Shown: piece by piece, positions 10,701 to 20,447 of the stretch
Layout: each line of letters starts with the position of its first letter
How positions within the stretch are numbered: position 1 is the first letter of the stretch
Assembly (NCBI GenBank): GCA_902780025.1
Contig: CACZDV010000009.1
Span: forward strand, 1,939 to 65,938
Direction: 5' to 3'
Source of the DNA: an uncultured Prevotellaceae bacterium
GTDB taxonomy: Bacteria > Bacteroidota > Bacteroidia > Bacteroidales > Bacteroidaceae
Length of the DNA: 64,000 nucleotides
The notes under the pieces: model-generated
The model's input: the letters and a program-made list of their open reading frames with translations, nothing else
Told to the model about the DNA's origin: nothing
Database searches by the model: none
Position numbers and translations under genes: made by a program

Positions 10701-11436
10701 GCAGCATTCACTCTTTGGTGGCTTTGACGACGGCATTGAGATTGCTACGCCACCTATCCCTAAGACGGATGTTCGCTGGAGCGACATTGAACGGCTGAAC
10801 AAGGAGCGCGACTTGGTGGGCATCTACCTGTCGGCCCATCCGTTAGACGAATATAAGATTGTACTCGACAACATGTGTAACACTCGTTGTATAGAGTTGG
10901 CCGACGTTGACAAGCTATCCGATCGTGAGACCGTCATCCTGGGGGGCATCGTGACTGCCGTCAGGACAGGTTTTACGAGAACGGGCAAGCCTTTTGGTAT
11001 CGTTACCCTCGAGGACTTTGAGGGTTCTGGCGAACTGGCTATTTTTGGCGAGGACTGGGGCTCCAGATCGGGTTTCTTCACTGTCGGATCCTCCGTCTAT
11101 GTGACGGGCAAGGTCATGCCCCGCTACCAGCATAACGAAAATAGCCCGAAGGACCTGAAAGTTACTGGCGTGGAGTATCTGCAGACCATCAAGGATAAAG
11201 CGGTCGACCGCATTACCATCTCGATGACCACAGACTTGCTTGACGACGAGATTGTGACAGAACTCAGCCAGCTGGTTCAGGAGTATCCCGGCAAGACCAA
11301 GCTCTTCTTCCAGTTGCATGACTCATTAGGCAAGCACCACGTGTTGTTGCGGTCAAAGAACAGCTCCATTGATGTCCGTCACCAGTTGATTGACTACATT
11401 GAGCGCACAAAAGCGCTGGACTATAAGATTAATTAG
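7705..11436 (+). CDS. dnaE: DNA polymerase III subunit alpha
   Basis: PHP motif HLHVHTYYSILDG, GRGSAAGS, PDIDTDF, FNKSHA; start placed 5 nt after TATCTTTG. Confidence 0.97.
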   Translation: MEDFIHLHVHTYYSILDGQSKISKLVDKAIGNGMRGMAVTDHGDMFGIKEFHDYCIGVNKKRKAEGLEPFKPIFGCEMYVSRHGSKSLRRGKEDQSGYHLIVLAKNYQGYKNLIKLVSRSWVDGYYMRPRTDREDLERYHEGLIVCSACIAGEVPAKILKGDMAGAREAVEWYHRVFGDDYYLELQRHEVKNPAQRANRETFPLQQQANAVLIELAREYGIKLICTNDVHFVDEENAEAHDHLLCLSTGKDLDDPTRMLYSKQEWFKTREEMNAIFSDVPEALSNTLEILDKVEIYSLDHDPIMPFFPIPEEFGTETEWRQKFTEEDLFREFTTDENGDNPLPREEGEKKIKKLGGYDKLYRIKFEADYLAKLAYEGAHKRYGDQLPKEVDDRIRFELHIMKTMGFPGYFLIVQDFINSARDELGVMVGPGRGSAAGSVVAYCLGITKIDPLKYDLLFERFLNPDRISLPDIDTDFDDDGRGRVLKWVEDKYGHENCAHIITYASMATKNSIKDVARVEKLPLAESNRLCKAIPDRLPDVDGKTPKMNLTNAIRAVPELRDAEASSDPVLANTIKYAKMLEGTVRGTGIHACGFIICRDPISDWVPVSTADDPDFKDTKTNCTQYDGHVIESTGLIKMDFLGLKTLSELKEACANIKLTRGIDIDLDTIPIDDPKTYELYQQGRTVGTFQFESAGMQKYLRELQPTVFEDLIAMNALYRPGPMEKIPNFIARKHGKEEIKYDIPCMEKYLKDTYGITVYQEQVMLLSRQLANFTRGESDALRKAMGKKKKDIVDAMKPKFIEGGKANGHDPKILEEIWSGWEAFASYAFNKSHAACYSWVAYQTAYLKANYPAEFMAAIMSRRRDQITEITKLMDECKQMGIDTLGPDVNESYQKFGVNHKGEIRFGLAAIKGLGDSAAQAIIDEREANGPYKTIFDFAQRVSFANVNRKAYESLALSGGFDSFGIRREEFFATNAKGEMFLDTLVRYGQTYQTEKQQAQHSLFGGFDDGIEIATPPIPKTDVRWSDIERLNKERDLVGIYLSAHPLDEYKIVLDNMCNTRCIELADVDKLSDRETVILGGIVTAVRTGFTRTGKPFGIVTLEDFEGSGELAIFGEDWGSRSGFFTVGSSVYVTGKVMPRYQHNENSPKDLKVTGVEYLQTIKDKAVDRITISMTTDLLDDEIVTELSQLVQEYPGKTKLFFQLHDSLGKHHVLLRSKNSSIDVRHQLIDYIERTKALDYKIN

Positions 11437-11495
11437 CGGGCTTTGCCCTAAAGAACAAATAATAAAGAACAAAGTAATAAAGAAAGGAAAGAATT

Positions 11496-11810
11496 ATGGA
11501 AGTACAAATCACAAGCGAGAACTTTGAGAGTCTGAAAAACGGCCAGCTGCCGTTAGTAGTTGATTTCTGGGCAACCTGGTGCGGTCCCTGTCGTATGATT
11601 GCCCCCGTGATTGCCGAACTGGCTAAGGAGTATGACGGCCGTATTACGGTCGGTAAGTGCGATGTGGAGGAGAACGAAGATCTGGCCATGGAGTATGGCA
11701 TCCGCAACATTCCCACCATTCTCTTCTTCAAGGGTGGTCAGATGGTCGACAAGTTGGTAGGAGCCGTCAATAAGGCCAAGCTCGACGAGAAGTTCCAATC
11801 TATCCTGTAA
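11496..11810 (+). CDS. trxA: Thioredoxin
   Basis: DFWATWCGPC. Confidence 0.96.
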   Translation: MEVQITSENFESLKNGQLPLVVDFWATWCGPCRMIAPVIAELAKEYDGRITVGKCDVEENEDLAMEYGIRNIPTILFFKGGQMVDKLVGAVNKAKLDEKFQSIL

Positions 11811-11814
11811 CGTT

Positions 11815-12132
11815 ATGCCGAGTTTTGAGGAAGAACTTCGCATGGACGAAGAAGAAAACCGTCGCGAGAAAGCCTTTATCCGTGAGCGGTTGCCGATTGA
11901 GATGAAGAACAGCTTCTCTGACGACGACCTCTATTACCTGATGGACGCCATCGTCGACTACTATTACGAAAGCGGCATCCTGGAGTCGGAAACCGATGTC
12001 GACATCGACCTGCAGCAGGTGGCTGACGCCATTGTCGAGCAGGCCAAACGCGACAAGAAAGGCAACTTCAACCCCGAGGAAGTGTACTATGTAGTGGAGG
12101 CCGACATGGACTTCCAAGAGCAGAACCTCTGA
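11815..12132 (+). CDS. Acidic hypothetical protein
   Basis: Tightly packed in operon, host-like codon usage. Confidence 0.75.
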   Translation: MPSFEEELRMDEEENRREKAFIRERLPIEMKNSFSDDDLYYLMDAIVDYYYESGILESETDVDIDLQQVADAIVEQAKRDKKGNFNPEEVYYVVEADMDFQEQNL

Positions 12133-12148
12133 AACGAAACAACACAAA

Positions 12149-13492
12149 ATGGCAACATTGAAAGAGAAGTTAGGCTATGCGCTTGGTGACGCAGCAGCCG
12201 GAGGCATCACGTGGAAGGTCATGTCGATTGCCTTTCCCTTGTTTTTTACCAACGTCTTTGGGCTGACGTTTGCCGATGCGGCAACGTTGATGCTCATAGC
12301 ACGTATGTTTGACGTGGTGACTGACCCCCTTATGGGAAGTCTGGCCGACCGCACCCAGTCACGATGGGGTACCTATCGCCCGTGGCTCATCTTCGGGGCC
12401 GTCCCCTTGGGACTCATCTTTGCCCTGTTGCTCTACACCCCCGACTTCGGCCCGGTGGGCAAACGCGTCTGGGCTTACTCCCTCTACCTGCTGATGATGG
12501 CCGTCTACACGGCGGTCAACGTGCCCTACGGTTCGCTGTTAGGTGTCATGACCGAGGATGATAACGAGAAGAACCAGTTCTCGTCCTTCCGCATGGTCGG
12601 CGCTTACGCCATGGGATTCATCACGCTGCTCTCCTTCCCTTATCTGCAGAAGATGGTGGGCGGCACCGACCAGCACCAGTACGCCGTCCTCGGTGCCTTC
12701 TTTGGACTGCTGGCCACCGTGATGACCTTAGCCTGCGGACTGCTGACTAAGGAGCGGCTGAAGCCCATACGGGCTGAGAAGTTCTCGTTCCGGCAGTTCG
12801 GCGACCTCTTCAAGAACAAGCCGTGGATCTACCTCACGCTGATAGGCATCTGCACCAACTTCTTCAACGGATTCCGCTACGCCGTGGCGGGCTACCTGCT
12901 GGAATACTGCCTGAAGGGCGATGTGACGGTCAGCGGACTCATCATCAACTACACGGTCTTCATGACCTTCGGCGAGCTGACCTGCATGGTCTTCGGCGGT
13001 GTGTCGCCCAAGTTCACTGAGTGGATAGGCTCCAAGCGCAAGGCGTTTGTCGTGGCAGCTATTATCTGTACGGTATTCTCCGTCGCCTTCTTCTTCATCC
13101 CGATGGACCCCGCCTACATCTGGCTGATGGTGGCCGTCGTCATCCTGACTTCTGTCGGTGTAGGACTTTACTCACCGTTGCTCTGGTCGATGTATGCCGA
13201 CGTAGCCGACTATGCTACTGAGAAAAATGGTACATCCTCCACGGGACTTATCTTTTCGAGCGGAACGATGGCACAGAAGTTCGGAACGGCTATCTCAGGA
13301 TCGCTGGTAGCCTTGTTCCTCGGATTGGCGGGTGCCAGCATGACAACCGACGCTATGGGTAATTCGATTGTTGATCCCGCCAGCATTACCGATTCGGTGC
13401 TGACGATGGTGTGGTCGCTCTTCTCGTTGTTCCCGGCCGTAATAGCTGTCCTGATGGTACTGCTGATTTATCTCTATCCGATAAAGAAGTAA
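12149..13492 (+). CDS. MFS sugar transporter, glycoside-pentoside-hexuronide family
   Basis: EKLGYALGD, DVVTDPLMGSLADRT.SRWG.YRPW, ADVADY; about 12 TM helices. Confidence 0.9.
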   Translation: MATLKEKLGYALGDAAAGGITWKVMSIAFPLFFTNVFGLTFADAATLMLIARMFDVVTDPLMGSLADRTQSRWGTYRPWLIFGAVPLGLIFALLLYTPDFGPVGKRVWAYSLYLLMMAVYTAVNVPYGSLLGVMTEDDNEKNQFSSFRMVGAYAMGFITLLSFPYLQKMVGGTDQHQYAVLGAFFGLLATVMTLACGLLTKERLKPIRAEKFSFRQFGDLFKNKPWIYLTLIGICTNFFNGFRYAVAGYLLEYCLKGDVTVSGLIINYTVFMTFGELTCMVFGGVSPKFTEWIGSKRKAFVVAAIICTVFSVAFFFIPMDPAYIWLMVAVVILTSVGVGLYSPLLWSMYADVADYATEKNGTSSTGLIFSSGTMAQKFGTAISGSLVALFLGLAGASMTTDAMGNSIVDPASITDSVLTMVWSLFSLFPAVIAVLMVLLIYLYPIKK

Positions 13493-13497
13493 TAAAA

Positions 13498-13527
13498 AAG
13501 AATCCCGCGTAAACACGCGGGATTCTT
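13498..13527. terminator. Bidirectional terminator
   Basis: AAGAATCCCGCGT-AAAC-ACGCGGGATTCTT between convergent genes. Confidence 0.85.
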
Positions 13528-13532
13528 ATTTA

Positions 13533-16118
13533 TTATTTACCTGATTCGTATTTCTCGCGAATCTTCTTGATACGCAGTAACAGGTTTTTGTAGTGCAGAC
13601 CGTTAATGCCCTCCTGAGGCTGCTCCTTGAGGTAATTCTCCACCTTGTCCAAATGCTGCTCGAAGTAGAGAATGGCATCTGAGCGCAGGGCGTTGCCCGA
13701 GCTACTGCCACCTAAGAGTACTACGATGAGCGATGACGATGCATCCTGCTGGTTAGTACTGGGATTCATAGCCGTTCCGATGGCATCAACATAAGCGCGC
13801 TGCTGAGAACGGCGGAAACCGTTCACCTGGTCGTTCTGGCTGTTGAGAGGCTTCCACACCATGTTGAATACGTCATTCAAGTATTCTTCCACAGGATAGG
13901 CCTCTGCCGACTGATAGTTGGCAGTATGCAGGCTCTGTACGGTTCCCGTTGAGAGCAGTCTGGTGACCAGCGACTGCTGGCGGTTGGCAATATCGTTGGC
14001 ATAGTTGATACCCAACTTGGTGACAATGCTTTCAGGATAGAGCCACATCGGGGCTTCCATAACATTTCGGTCGAGCCAGTCTAAGGCTTCCTTCTGCAAT
14101 GAACGGGGCACGAAGTCGTTTACCTTCTGGTCAGGCACATTGTTCACATACTTGCCACCCAAGTACCTGTAGACGTGGTTCGCATAGCGCTGATACTGGC
14201 TTTGTACGGCATCGTAGATATCTTCCAGGTGATTATACTCGCCATCGGGCTGTGCCGTCCATTTCTCAACATTCTCCATCACGCGCTTCAGGTTCTTCAG
14301 ACCATACTCATTAGCTTTCATCTGATTGTCGCCCAGATCCTCGGTCTGCGAGCGTGGGTCACTACCATATCCCTCATCACCACACCACCAAAGGCGGCGG
14401 TTGTTCTTGAGTTTCTTGCTCACCTCTGAGCGCAGCACTTTCTTTTCCACGGCGGGATCGTCGAATTCAGGACGATACTGGTAGCCCCACTTGATGGCCC
14501 ACTTGTCGTAGTCGTTGATGCGGGGGAAAAGTCCCTTCTCCGAGATATTGTCCTCCGGTTGTGCCACATAGTTGAAACGGGCGTAGTCCATGATGCTGCT
14601 GGTGTGGCCGTGCTTCTCTACCCATGCCTTGTCGCGCAGTTTCTCCACAGGTGTTGCCTGCGAAGCAATCATGTTGTGACGTAGTCCTAAGGCGTGACCT
14701 ACCTCATGAGAAGATACGAAGCGGATGAGCTGTCCCATCAATTCGTCGTCGAATGTCATCGTCCGGGCGCGCTTGTCTAACGGGCCACACTGCACCATAT
14801 ACCACTTCTTCAGTAGGTTCATCACGTTGTGATACCAGCAGACGTGAGCCTCGATAATCTCACCGCTTCGTGGGTCAACGATACGGGGGCCGTAGGCATT
14901 CTCGGTTTCCGACGGCAGATAGCGTATCATCGAGAAGCGGGCATCGTCCACCGACATCGTTGAATCGTTTTCAGGCCATTCCTTGGCTACGATGGCGTTC
15001 TTGAAACCGGCGGCCTCAAAGGCTACGTTCCAGTCGTTGATGCCGGCAATGAGATACTTCACCCACTTCTTAGGTGTTGCCGGGTCTATGTAGTAGACAA
15101 TCTGCTTGATGGGTTCCACCAGCTGACCTGCCTTGTAAGCCTTCTTGTCTTTCGGCACTAAGCGGTAGCGCATGACGATGGCCTCGTGTTTGGTTGTCTG
15201 CTGCTCATCGCTGAACTCGGTGATGCTGTTGTTGAAATAGCCCACGCGTTCGTCCTCATAGCGAGGCTGCATAGGCTTCTCAGGTAGCAGTACTATTGAG
15301 GTGTTCAGCGACAGCGTGGCCGTGCCTGTTGCTGAGGTCGGCATACGACCTGAGTTCCCGTTTGCGTTCATACCGTAGGTACGTAGCGACTGAATCTCAA
15401 TGTTGATGGGATAAGTCTTGATGCTGTCGATAAACGTTCGGTCGTTCATCAGTCCACCGATGCCTAACGACGTGCGGTCGTTGGCCGAGAAACTGGTCAC
15501 CTTGTTGTCCGACATAATCCACGGTGTCACTTTGATGAGCTGCGCCTTCGTGTTAGGATTGCGGCCGATGACCTCGAACTTCTGGATGATGGGGTCGACG
15601 GTCGACTGCTTCAGCGAGATGCCGATGCGGTCTCCAGGCTTGGCATAGCTCGACTGCACATATTCACGCAGGAATAGTGTCTTCTCGTTGTACTGTTCCA
15701 AGTAGATGGCCGAGCGGTTCACCTCCTCGCCGCTGAACTTCCTGAAGTCCTGAGGAACGCTGATGAAGCGGGTCACCGCCAACAGCATACGCCCCAACAA
15801 TTCGTCGGGTACCTCAAGGTACCAGTCGTCCTTGATGTGGCGAACGGTGAACAGACCCTCACGAACCGAGCCGCCCTCCTTCACCACCTTGTGGTAGGGG
15901 TCTTTGTGGTCCTTGACGGTGGTGTCTTCGCAACACTCGTTCTTCTTTTCAACTTGTTTCTCAACTTTGACGGAGTCCGTCTTGGTGGCGATGGTGTCCG
16001 TCTTTACGGTGTCAGCCTTCACAGTGTCTGCCTGTAAGATAAAGGCTGAGGCTGAACCCTGCACACAGATGAGCAGCAGAGCAGCTAAGGTAATGGTTTT
16101 GGTTGTAGTTTTCATCAT
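13533..16118 (-). CDS. Secreted zinc-dependent metalloprotease (DUF5117/DUF4953-type)
   Basis: Signal peptide; HEVGHALGLRH, SSIMDY, DPRSGEII. Confidence 0.88.
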   Translation of the reverse strand: MMKTTTKTITLAALLLICVQGSASAFILQADTVKADTVKTDTIATKTDSVKVEKQVEKKNECCEDTTVKDHKDPYHKVVKEGGSVREGLFTVRHIKDDWYLEVPDELLGRMLLAVTRFISVPQDFRKFSGEEVNRSAIYLEQYNEKTLFLREYVQSSYAKPGDRIGISLKQSTVDPIIQKFEVIGRNPNTKAQLIKVTPWIMSDNKVTSFSANDRTSLGIGGLMNDRTFIDSIKTYPINIEIQSLRTYGMNANGNSGRMPTSATGTATLSLNTSIVLLPEKPMQPRYEDERVGYFNNSITEFSDEQQTTKHEAIVMRYRLVPKDKKAYKAGQLVEPIKQIVYYIDPATPKKWVKYLIAGINDWNVAFEAAGFKNAIVAKEWPENDSTMSVDDARFSMIRYLPSETENAYGPRIVDPRSGEIIEAHVCWYHNVMNLLKKWYMVQCGPLDKRARTMTFDDELMGQLIRFVSSHEVGHALGLRHNMIASQATPVEKLRDKAWVEKHGHTSSIMDYARFNYVAQPEDNISEKGLFPRINDYDKWAIKWGYQYRPEFDDPAVEKKVLRSEVSKKLKNNRRLWWCGDEGYGSDPRSQTEDLGDNQMKANEYGLKNLKRVMENVEKWTAQPDGEYNHLEDIYDAVQSQYQRYANHVYRYLGGKYVNNVPDQKVNDFVPRSLQKEALDWLDRNVMEAPMWLYPESIVTKLGINYANDIANRQQSLVTRLLSTGTVQSLHTANYQSAEAYPVEEYLNDVFNMVWKPLNSQNDQVNGFRRSQQRAYVDAIGTAMNPSTNQQDASSSLIVVLLGGSSSGNALRSDAILYFEQHLDKVENYLKEQPQEGINGLHYKNLLLRIKKIREKYESGK

Positions 16119-16224
16119 GCTGCAAAGATACAACAAAAATAATGATAATCTGTTATTAAAAGCGAATAATTATGCTTATTTTGCAATTCCATTCCCCCAC
16201 GAATGATAAAACATCGACAGTACA

Positions 16225-17787
16225 TTAGTAGCCGGGATTCTGCGTCAGGTTCTTGTTCAAGGCACGGACCTCGGCGGGAATGGGGTACACCTCGGTATGA
16301 CCGTCTGACTCGTCGATGGCACCGGGACCTTCGTAGAGTGACTTGTAGCGGTGGAAGCGGATGAGGTCTGAACGTCGCCAGCCTTCCCAGCAGAGTTCCA
16401 GCAGTCGCTCGTCGAGCAGATTGTCGAGGGTACAGGGGCGGGGATCTGCTCCGGCACGACTCCTGACGGCATTGAAGTCGGCGCTGCCGTCCTTTCCGAG
16501 CCTTAACTTACACTCAGCGCGCATCAGCAGCACGTCGGCATAGCGGAAGAGCACGATGTCGTTGTCGACGAGCTTACCGCCCTGCGTGGCGTTCTTGTCG
16601 AACTCATACTTGTACATCCTGGCGCCAGCCGTCTCAACGTAGGGCGAACCGCTGAGGTCAGGCAGCACCTTGTCGGGCTGATAGACCAATGGCTGGCCCG
16701 TACGGTCGGTGACGGTCTTTCCGTCGAGACCAAACACCTTTTCATAATGGTAGCAGTCAAGGAATCGGGGGTCGATATGGTCGGGATAACCGAACACCTT
16801 CAGCGTGTGCAGGGTGGCACAGGATCCGTTTTCGCCACCATAGCCGTAGGCGGCAGCATGGCGGTAATGGAGGGAACGTATGACGTTCTGCTGCTGGTTG
16901 GTGAAGAGGTTCTTGTTCATCGGTATGGTGAAGATGTTCTCAAGGGAGTACTGGTTATAGACCAGGAAGTTGTCAGTATAGTTTTCCTCCAGACGATAGC
17001 CCATCCAGCTGATGTCATCGCAGTAGTGGATACAGTCCTGCCAGCGTGGTGTGCCGGTATAGACTTCGGCTCCTAACATCAGTTTCGCCAGCACGAAGAG
17101 GGCTACCGGCTGCGTGATACGACCGTAGTAGTCGCCTTCGCGGATGCTGTTCTCTTCGGGCAAGAACAGAACTGCCGACAAGAGCTCGTTCTCACAGAAC
17201 TCGAAAACGCGCTTGCGACTCTCACGCTTCACCTCGTTCATCGATATGCTGTTGTCGGTAATCAGCGGTACGTCGCCGAAGAGATCAAGCAGATACCAGT
17301 AGTACATGGCTCTCAAGGCGCGTACCTCAGCCTGCCAGGAATAATAGCTTTGGCCTGCCAGATCCTGGTGGGCTTGGAGCTTCTCGAGCGAACGGTTGCA
17401 GAGGGTAATGACCTTGTAGAGATAGAGCCACGCATTCTTGGGCAGGTCGTGGCCTGCTGACCATGAATGCTGGTACATCGCCTGCCAGAGACCGCCGTCG
17501 AACCAGTCGCCGCCGCGTAAGGGAATCATGGCTTCGTCGCTGCCAAAGGTCTGCAGGTCGTAGACACCACGGATGGCTCCCTGCAGTCCCTGTCCCTCTT
17601 CGTAGCCTCCTATATAATTATATAAGGTGGCAACGGTGTTCAGAAAGAGTGTCTCATGACTGGTGTAGGCCTCTTCCTCAGCTATCTGGTCATGTGGCTG
17701 TTCGTCCAGAGAGCAGGATGTGAGCATCATGCAAATGGACAATGTGAACAGCAGGCGTTTGCTTATCTTGGTCATCATAACTTTCAT
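16225..17787 (-). CDS. susD: RagB/SusD family lipoprotein
   Basis: Lipobox LTSC; FRYADVLLMRAE, ERLLELCWEGWRRSDLIR, QNPGY. Confidence 0.93.
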   Translation of the reverse strand: MKVMMTKISKRLLFTLSICMMLTSCSLDEQPHDQIAEEEAYTSHETLFLNTVATLYNYIGGYEEGQGLQGAIRGVYDLQTFGSDEAMIPLRGGDWFDGGLWQAMYQHSWSAGHDLPKNAWLYLYKVITLCNRSLEKLQAHQDLAGQSYYSWQAEVRALRAMYYWYLLDLFGDVPLITDNSISMNEVKRESRKRVFEFCENELLSAVLFLPEENSIREGDYYGRITQPVALFVLAKLMLGAEVYTGTPRWQDCIHYCDDISWMGYRLEENYTDNFLVYNQYSLENIFTIPMNKNLFTNQQQNVIRSLHYRHAAAYGYGGENGSCATLHTLKVFGYPDHIDPRFLDCYHYEKVFGLDGKTVTDRTGQPLVYQPDKVLPDLSGSPYVETAGARMYKYEFDKNATQGGKLVDNDIVLFRYADVLLMRAECKLRLGKDGSADFNAVRSRAGADPRPCTLDNLLDERLLELCWEGWRRSDLIRFHRYKSLYEGPGAIDESDGHTEVYPIPAEVRALNKNLTQNPGY

Positions 17788-17810
17788 GCTTCAATTTCTC
17801 AATCCTTCAA

Positions 17811-20444
17811 TCAGAACTGAATGCTCAGTGCGAACGAATAACTGCGATAGACGGGATAGGAGCGTTTGTCGTCGACGCCCAGCGTAGCGTCCACTACCGA
17901 TGAGTTAATCATCGGCGTCAGACCGGAATAGGAGGTGATGGTGGCCACGTTGTTGACCGAGCATGCCAGGCGCAGGCTCCGGACGAATCGCGACTTCAAC
18001 GGGACGTTCCAGCCCAGGGTGACGTAGTCGATGTTGACGTAGTCGCCGCTTTCCAGCCAGTAGTCGCTGATGTCCTGGTCCTGGATGTTCATCTCAGGTG
18101 CGCCCTGCATAACGTTGTAGTTGGGCAGCGAGGCCATGTTCATATAGGCCAGTGACGTACCGTTGAAGATCTTGTGCCCGAAGGCACCGTTCATCTTCAT
18201 CGTGACGTCCCACTGGCGATAGCGGAAGGCAATGTTCGAACCCATTATGACTTTTGGCGTTGCCTGTCCGCAGATGTACCGTTCCTCGGTCAGGTCATAG
18301 CGCTTGGAACCGTCTTCGGCATTGACGAATCCCTTGAAGTGGGGTAGGTAGAACACGCCCAACGGCTGGCCTACGATTTGGAAGCAGGCTACGCTGGCTC
18401 CGTGATATCCGGCTCCCTGCAGTCCGCTGATACCCTGAATGTCGGGAGCTGTCAGCTGCTGACCGTTAAACTCGCCGTTCAGGGTCACCAGCTTGTTGCG
18501 CTCGAAGCTCCAGTTCATGTTCATGCTCAGTTCCATATCCTTCTGCCTGAGCGGGGTGATGCCGAATCCCAGTTCAACACCGTGGTTACGCATCTTGCCC
18601 AGATTGGCCAACAGATGGTCGTAGGTGAAGGGAGGTACGGGAACGGTATAGTTGTAGAGCATGTCGGAAGTGCGCGACGTATAGACGTCAACCATCAGGG
18701 CAATGCGGTTCTGCCATAAGACGATGTCGACACCCACGTTGAAGGTACGCTTGATTTCCCAGCGCAGGTCGGGATTGGCATTGCGGATGATGCCCAGCGT
18801 AGTGGCGGGTGTGCCAAAGACGTTGACCACACCGTTGGGCTTGATGAGTTGCTGCGACAGGTAGGAGTCAATGCCGCCCAGGTTTCCGCTCTTACCGTAA
18901 CCCATGCGGAGCTTTAGTTTCGAGACCCATCGGATGGGTTTCATCCATTTCTCGCGTTCAATATTCCAGGAACCGCTGACGGAGGGGAAGAATCCCCAGC
19001 GGTTGTTGGCACCCACCTTCGACGAACCGTCGGCACGGGCACTGACGCTGAGCGTGTAGCGGTCGGCATAGGTGTATTCAGTCTTCAGCAGATACGACAC
19101 CATCGTTGAGTTGGAGTAGAACGAATTGGTGCCGTTCCAGGGACGGATGGCTCCTGCCGACAGGTTGTCATAGCCGTAGGCATTGGTAGGGAAGTTGGCT
19201 GCCGTCGTATAGAATCCCGTCTTCTTTTCCCGCTGGGCCTCGGCTACTGCCATCACGTCGAGCAGGTGATATTCCGCCAGCATACCTTTCCAGCCGAGCA
19301 TGACATTGCCCATCAGCTCTTCGTTCTTGGTGTCACTACGGTAGGCCTCTCCTTGTCCCCATACAAAGGTGGGGTAGAAGTGGGCATTGTCAATGTCGTT
19401 GTACGAATAGCTGCCGAACATGCCCATCGTCAGTCCGTAGCCTAAATCGGCAACAGCCTTCAAGTGTACGTTGACGTGGGCGTTGTCCTCATCGTCGTCC
19501 ATCTCTAACAGCGAGTTGGGGTTGTTGATCCAGGAAGCCTCCGGCACTTGGTTGTAGGTGCCGTCGGCATTGGCTCCGTCGGGGAAGGTGGGATTGAAGG
19601 TGGCGGCTGAGTAGAATAATTTCTGCTGGAAAGGCAGGAGGTTGTTCTTCTGTAGTGAGCCGAACATTCCCAGGTCGATGGTCAGCCGGTTGTCGAAGGC
19701 CAGCTGCTGCACGTCCAACTTGGCAATGTAGTTCTTGAAGCAGTTGTTCCTGATGACGGTCTGAACGTCTGTCACACCTACTGATGCACGGTAGTTGGCC
19801 GCCTCGGAACCTCCGCCAAAGGCGATATGGTGGTTCTGTACCAAACCGGTACGTGTGGGCGACTTGGTAAAATCGGTGTCGTAGCCCTTGTCGATGATGC
19901 TCATTCCAAGACTCGAGGTGGCGCGACGGAACTGATCGGCTGAGAGCATCTCCACGTTCTTGTAGATGCTCCGTATACCCACACTGCCGTCGTAGGCAAT
20001 GTGGAAACGCTCGCCGCTGCCCTTCCTCGTCACCACCTGTATGACACCTGCAGCTCCGCGGCTGCCATACAGCGATGTTTCCGAGGCATCCTTCAGAATC
20101 GTAAAACTCTCGATGTCGGCAGGATAGATGGTGGCCAGCGTGGCAATGTCCGACTGCACACCGTCGATGATGACCAGCGGGTCGTTACCACCTGTCAGCG
20201 ACGTGGTACCACGGACGCGAACGGCCGACAGCATCGCCTCCTGGTTGCCGCTCGTCTGCACCTGAACACCTGCCGCCTGACCGCTCATCGCCTCCAATGA
20301 GTTGGTAATCAGACCTTTGTTCATCTGGTCGCGGGTTACCGTACTCACGGCGCCAGTCGACGTAGAGTCCTGAACAACCTGTGCTGACAACGGCAGCGCC
20401 ATTGTCAGCAACAGGGTGGTTAGTGTTATTACAGAATATTGCAA
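17811..20444 (-). CDS. susC: SusC/RagA TonB-dependent transporter lacking the N-terminal extension
   Basis: PLVIIDG, LKDASETSLYGSRGAAGVI, NPDLRWE, C-terminal F; TTG start gives a signal peptide. Confidence 0.9.
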   Translation of the reverse strand: MQYSVITLTTLLLTMALPLSAQVVQDSTSTGAVSTVTRDQMNKGLITNSLEAMSGQAAGVQVQTSGNQEAMLSAVRVRGTTSLTGGNDPLVIIDGVQSDIATLATIYPADIESFTILKDASETSLYGSRGAAGVIQVVTRKGSGERFHIAYDGSVGIRSIYKNVEMLSADQFRRATSSLGMSIIDKGYDTDFTKSPTRTGLVQNHHIAFGGGSEAANYRASVGVTDVQTVIRNNCFKNYIAKLDVQQLAFDNRLTIDLGMFGSLQKNNLLPFQQKLFYSAATFNPTFPDGANADGTYNQVPEASWINNPNSLLEMDDDEDNAHVNVHLKAVADLGYGLTMGMFGSYSYNDIDNAHFYPTFVWGQGEAYRSDTKNEELMGNVMLGWKGMLAEYHLLDVMAVAEAQREKKTGFYTTAANFPTNAYGYDNLSAGAIRPWNGTNSFYSNSTMVSYLLKTEYTYADRYTLSVSARADGSSKVGANNRWGFFPSVSGSWNIEREKWMKPIRWVSKLKLRMGYGKSGNLGGIDSYLSQQLIKPNGVVNVFGTPATTLGIIRNANPDLRWEIKRTFNVGVDIVLWQNRIALMVDVYTSRTSDMLYNYTVPVPPFTYDHLLANLGKMRNHGVELGFGITPLRQKDMELSMNMNWSFERNKLVTLNGEFNGQQLTAPDIQGISGLQGAGYHGASVACFQIVGQPLGVFYLPHFKGFVNAEDGSKRYDLTEERYICGQATPKVIMGSNIAFRYRQWDVTMKMNGAFGHKIFNGTSLAYMNMASLPNYNVMQGAPEMNIQDQDISDYWLESGDYVNIDYVTLGWNVPLKSRFVRSLRLACSVNNVATITSYSGLTPMINSSVVDATLGVDDKRSYPVYRSYSFALSIQF

Positions 20445-20447
20445 AGA

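Noticed and set aside
11449-11490. TAAAGAACAAA repeats before trxA
   Set aside because: Short A-rich intergenic duplication with no supportable function
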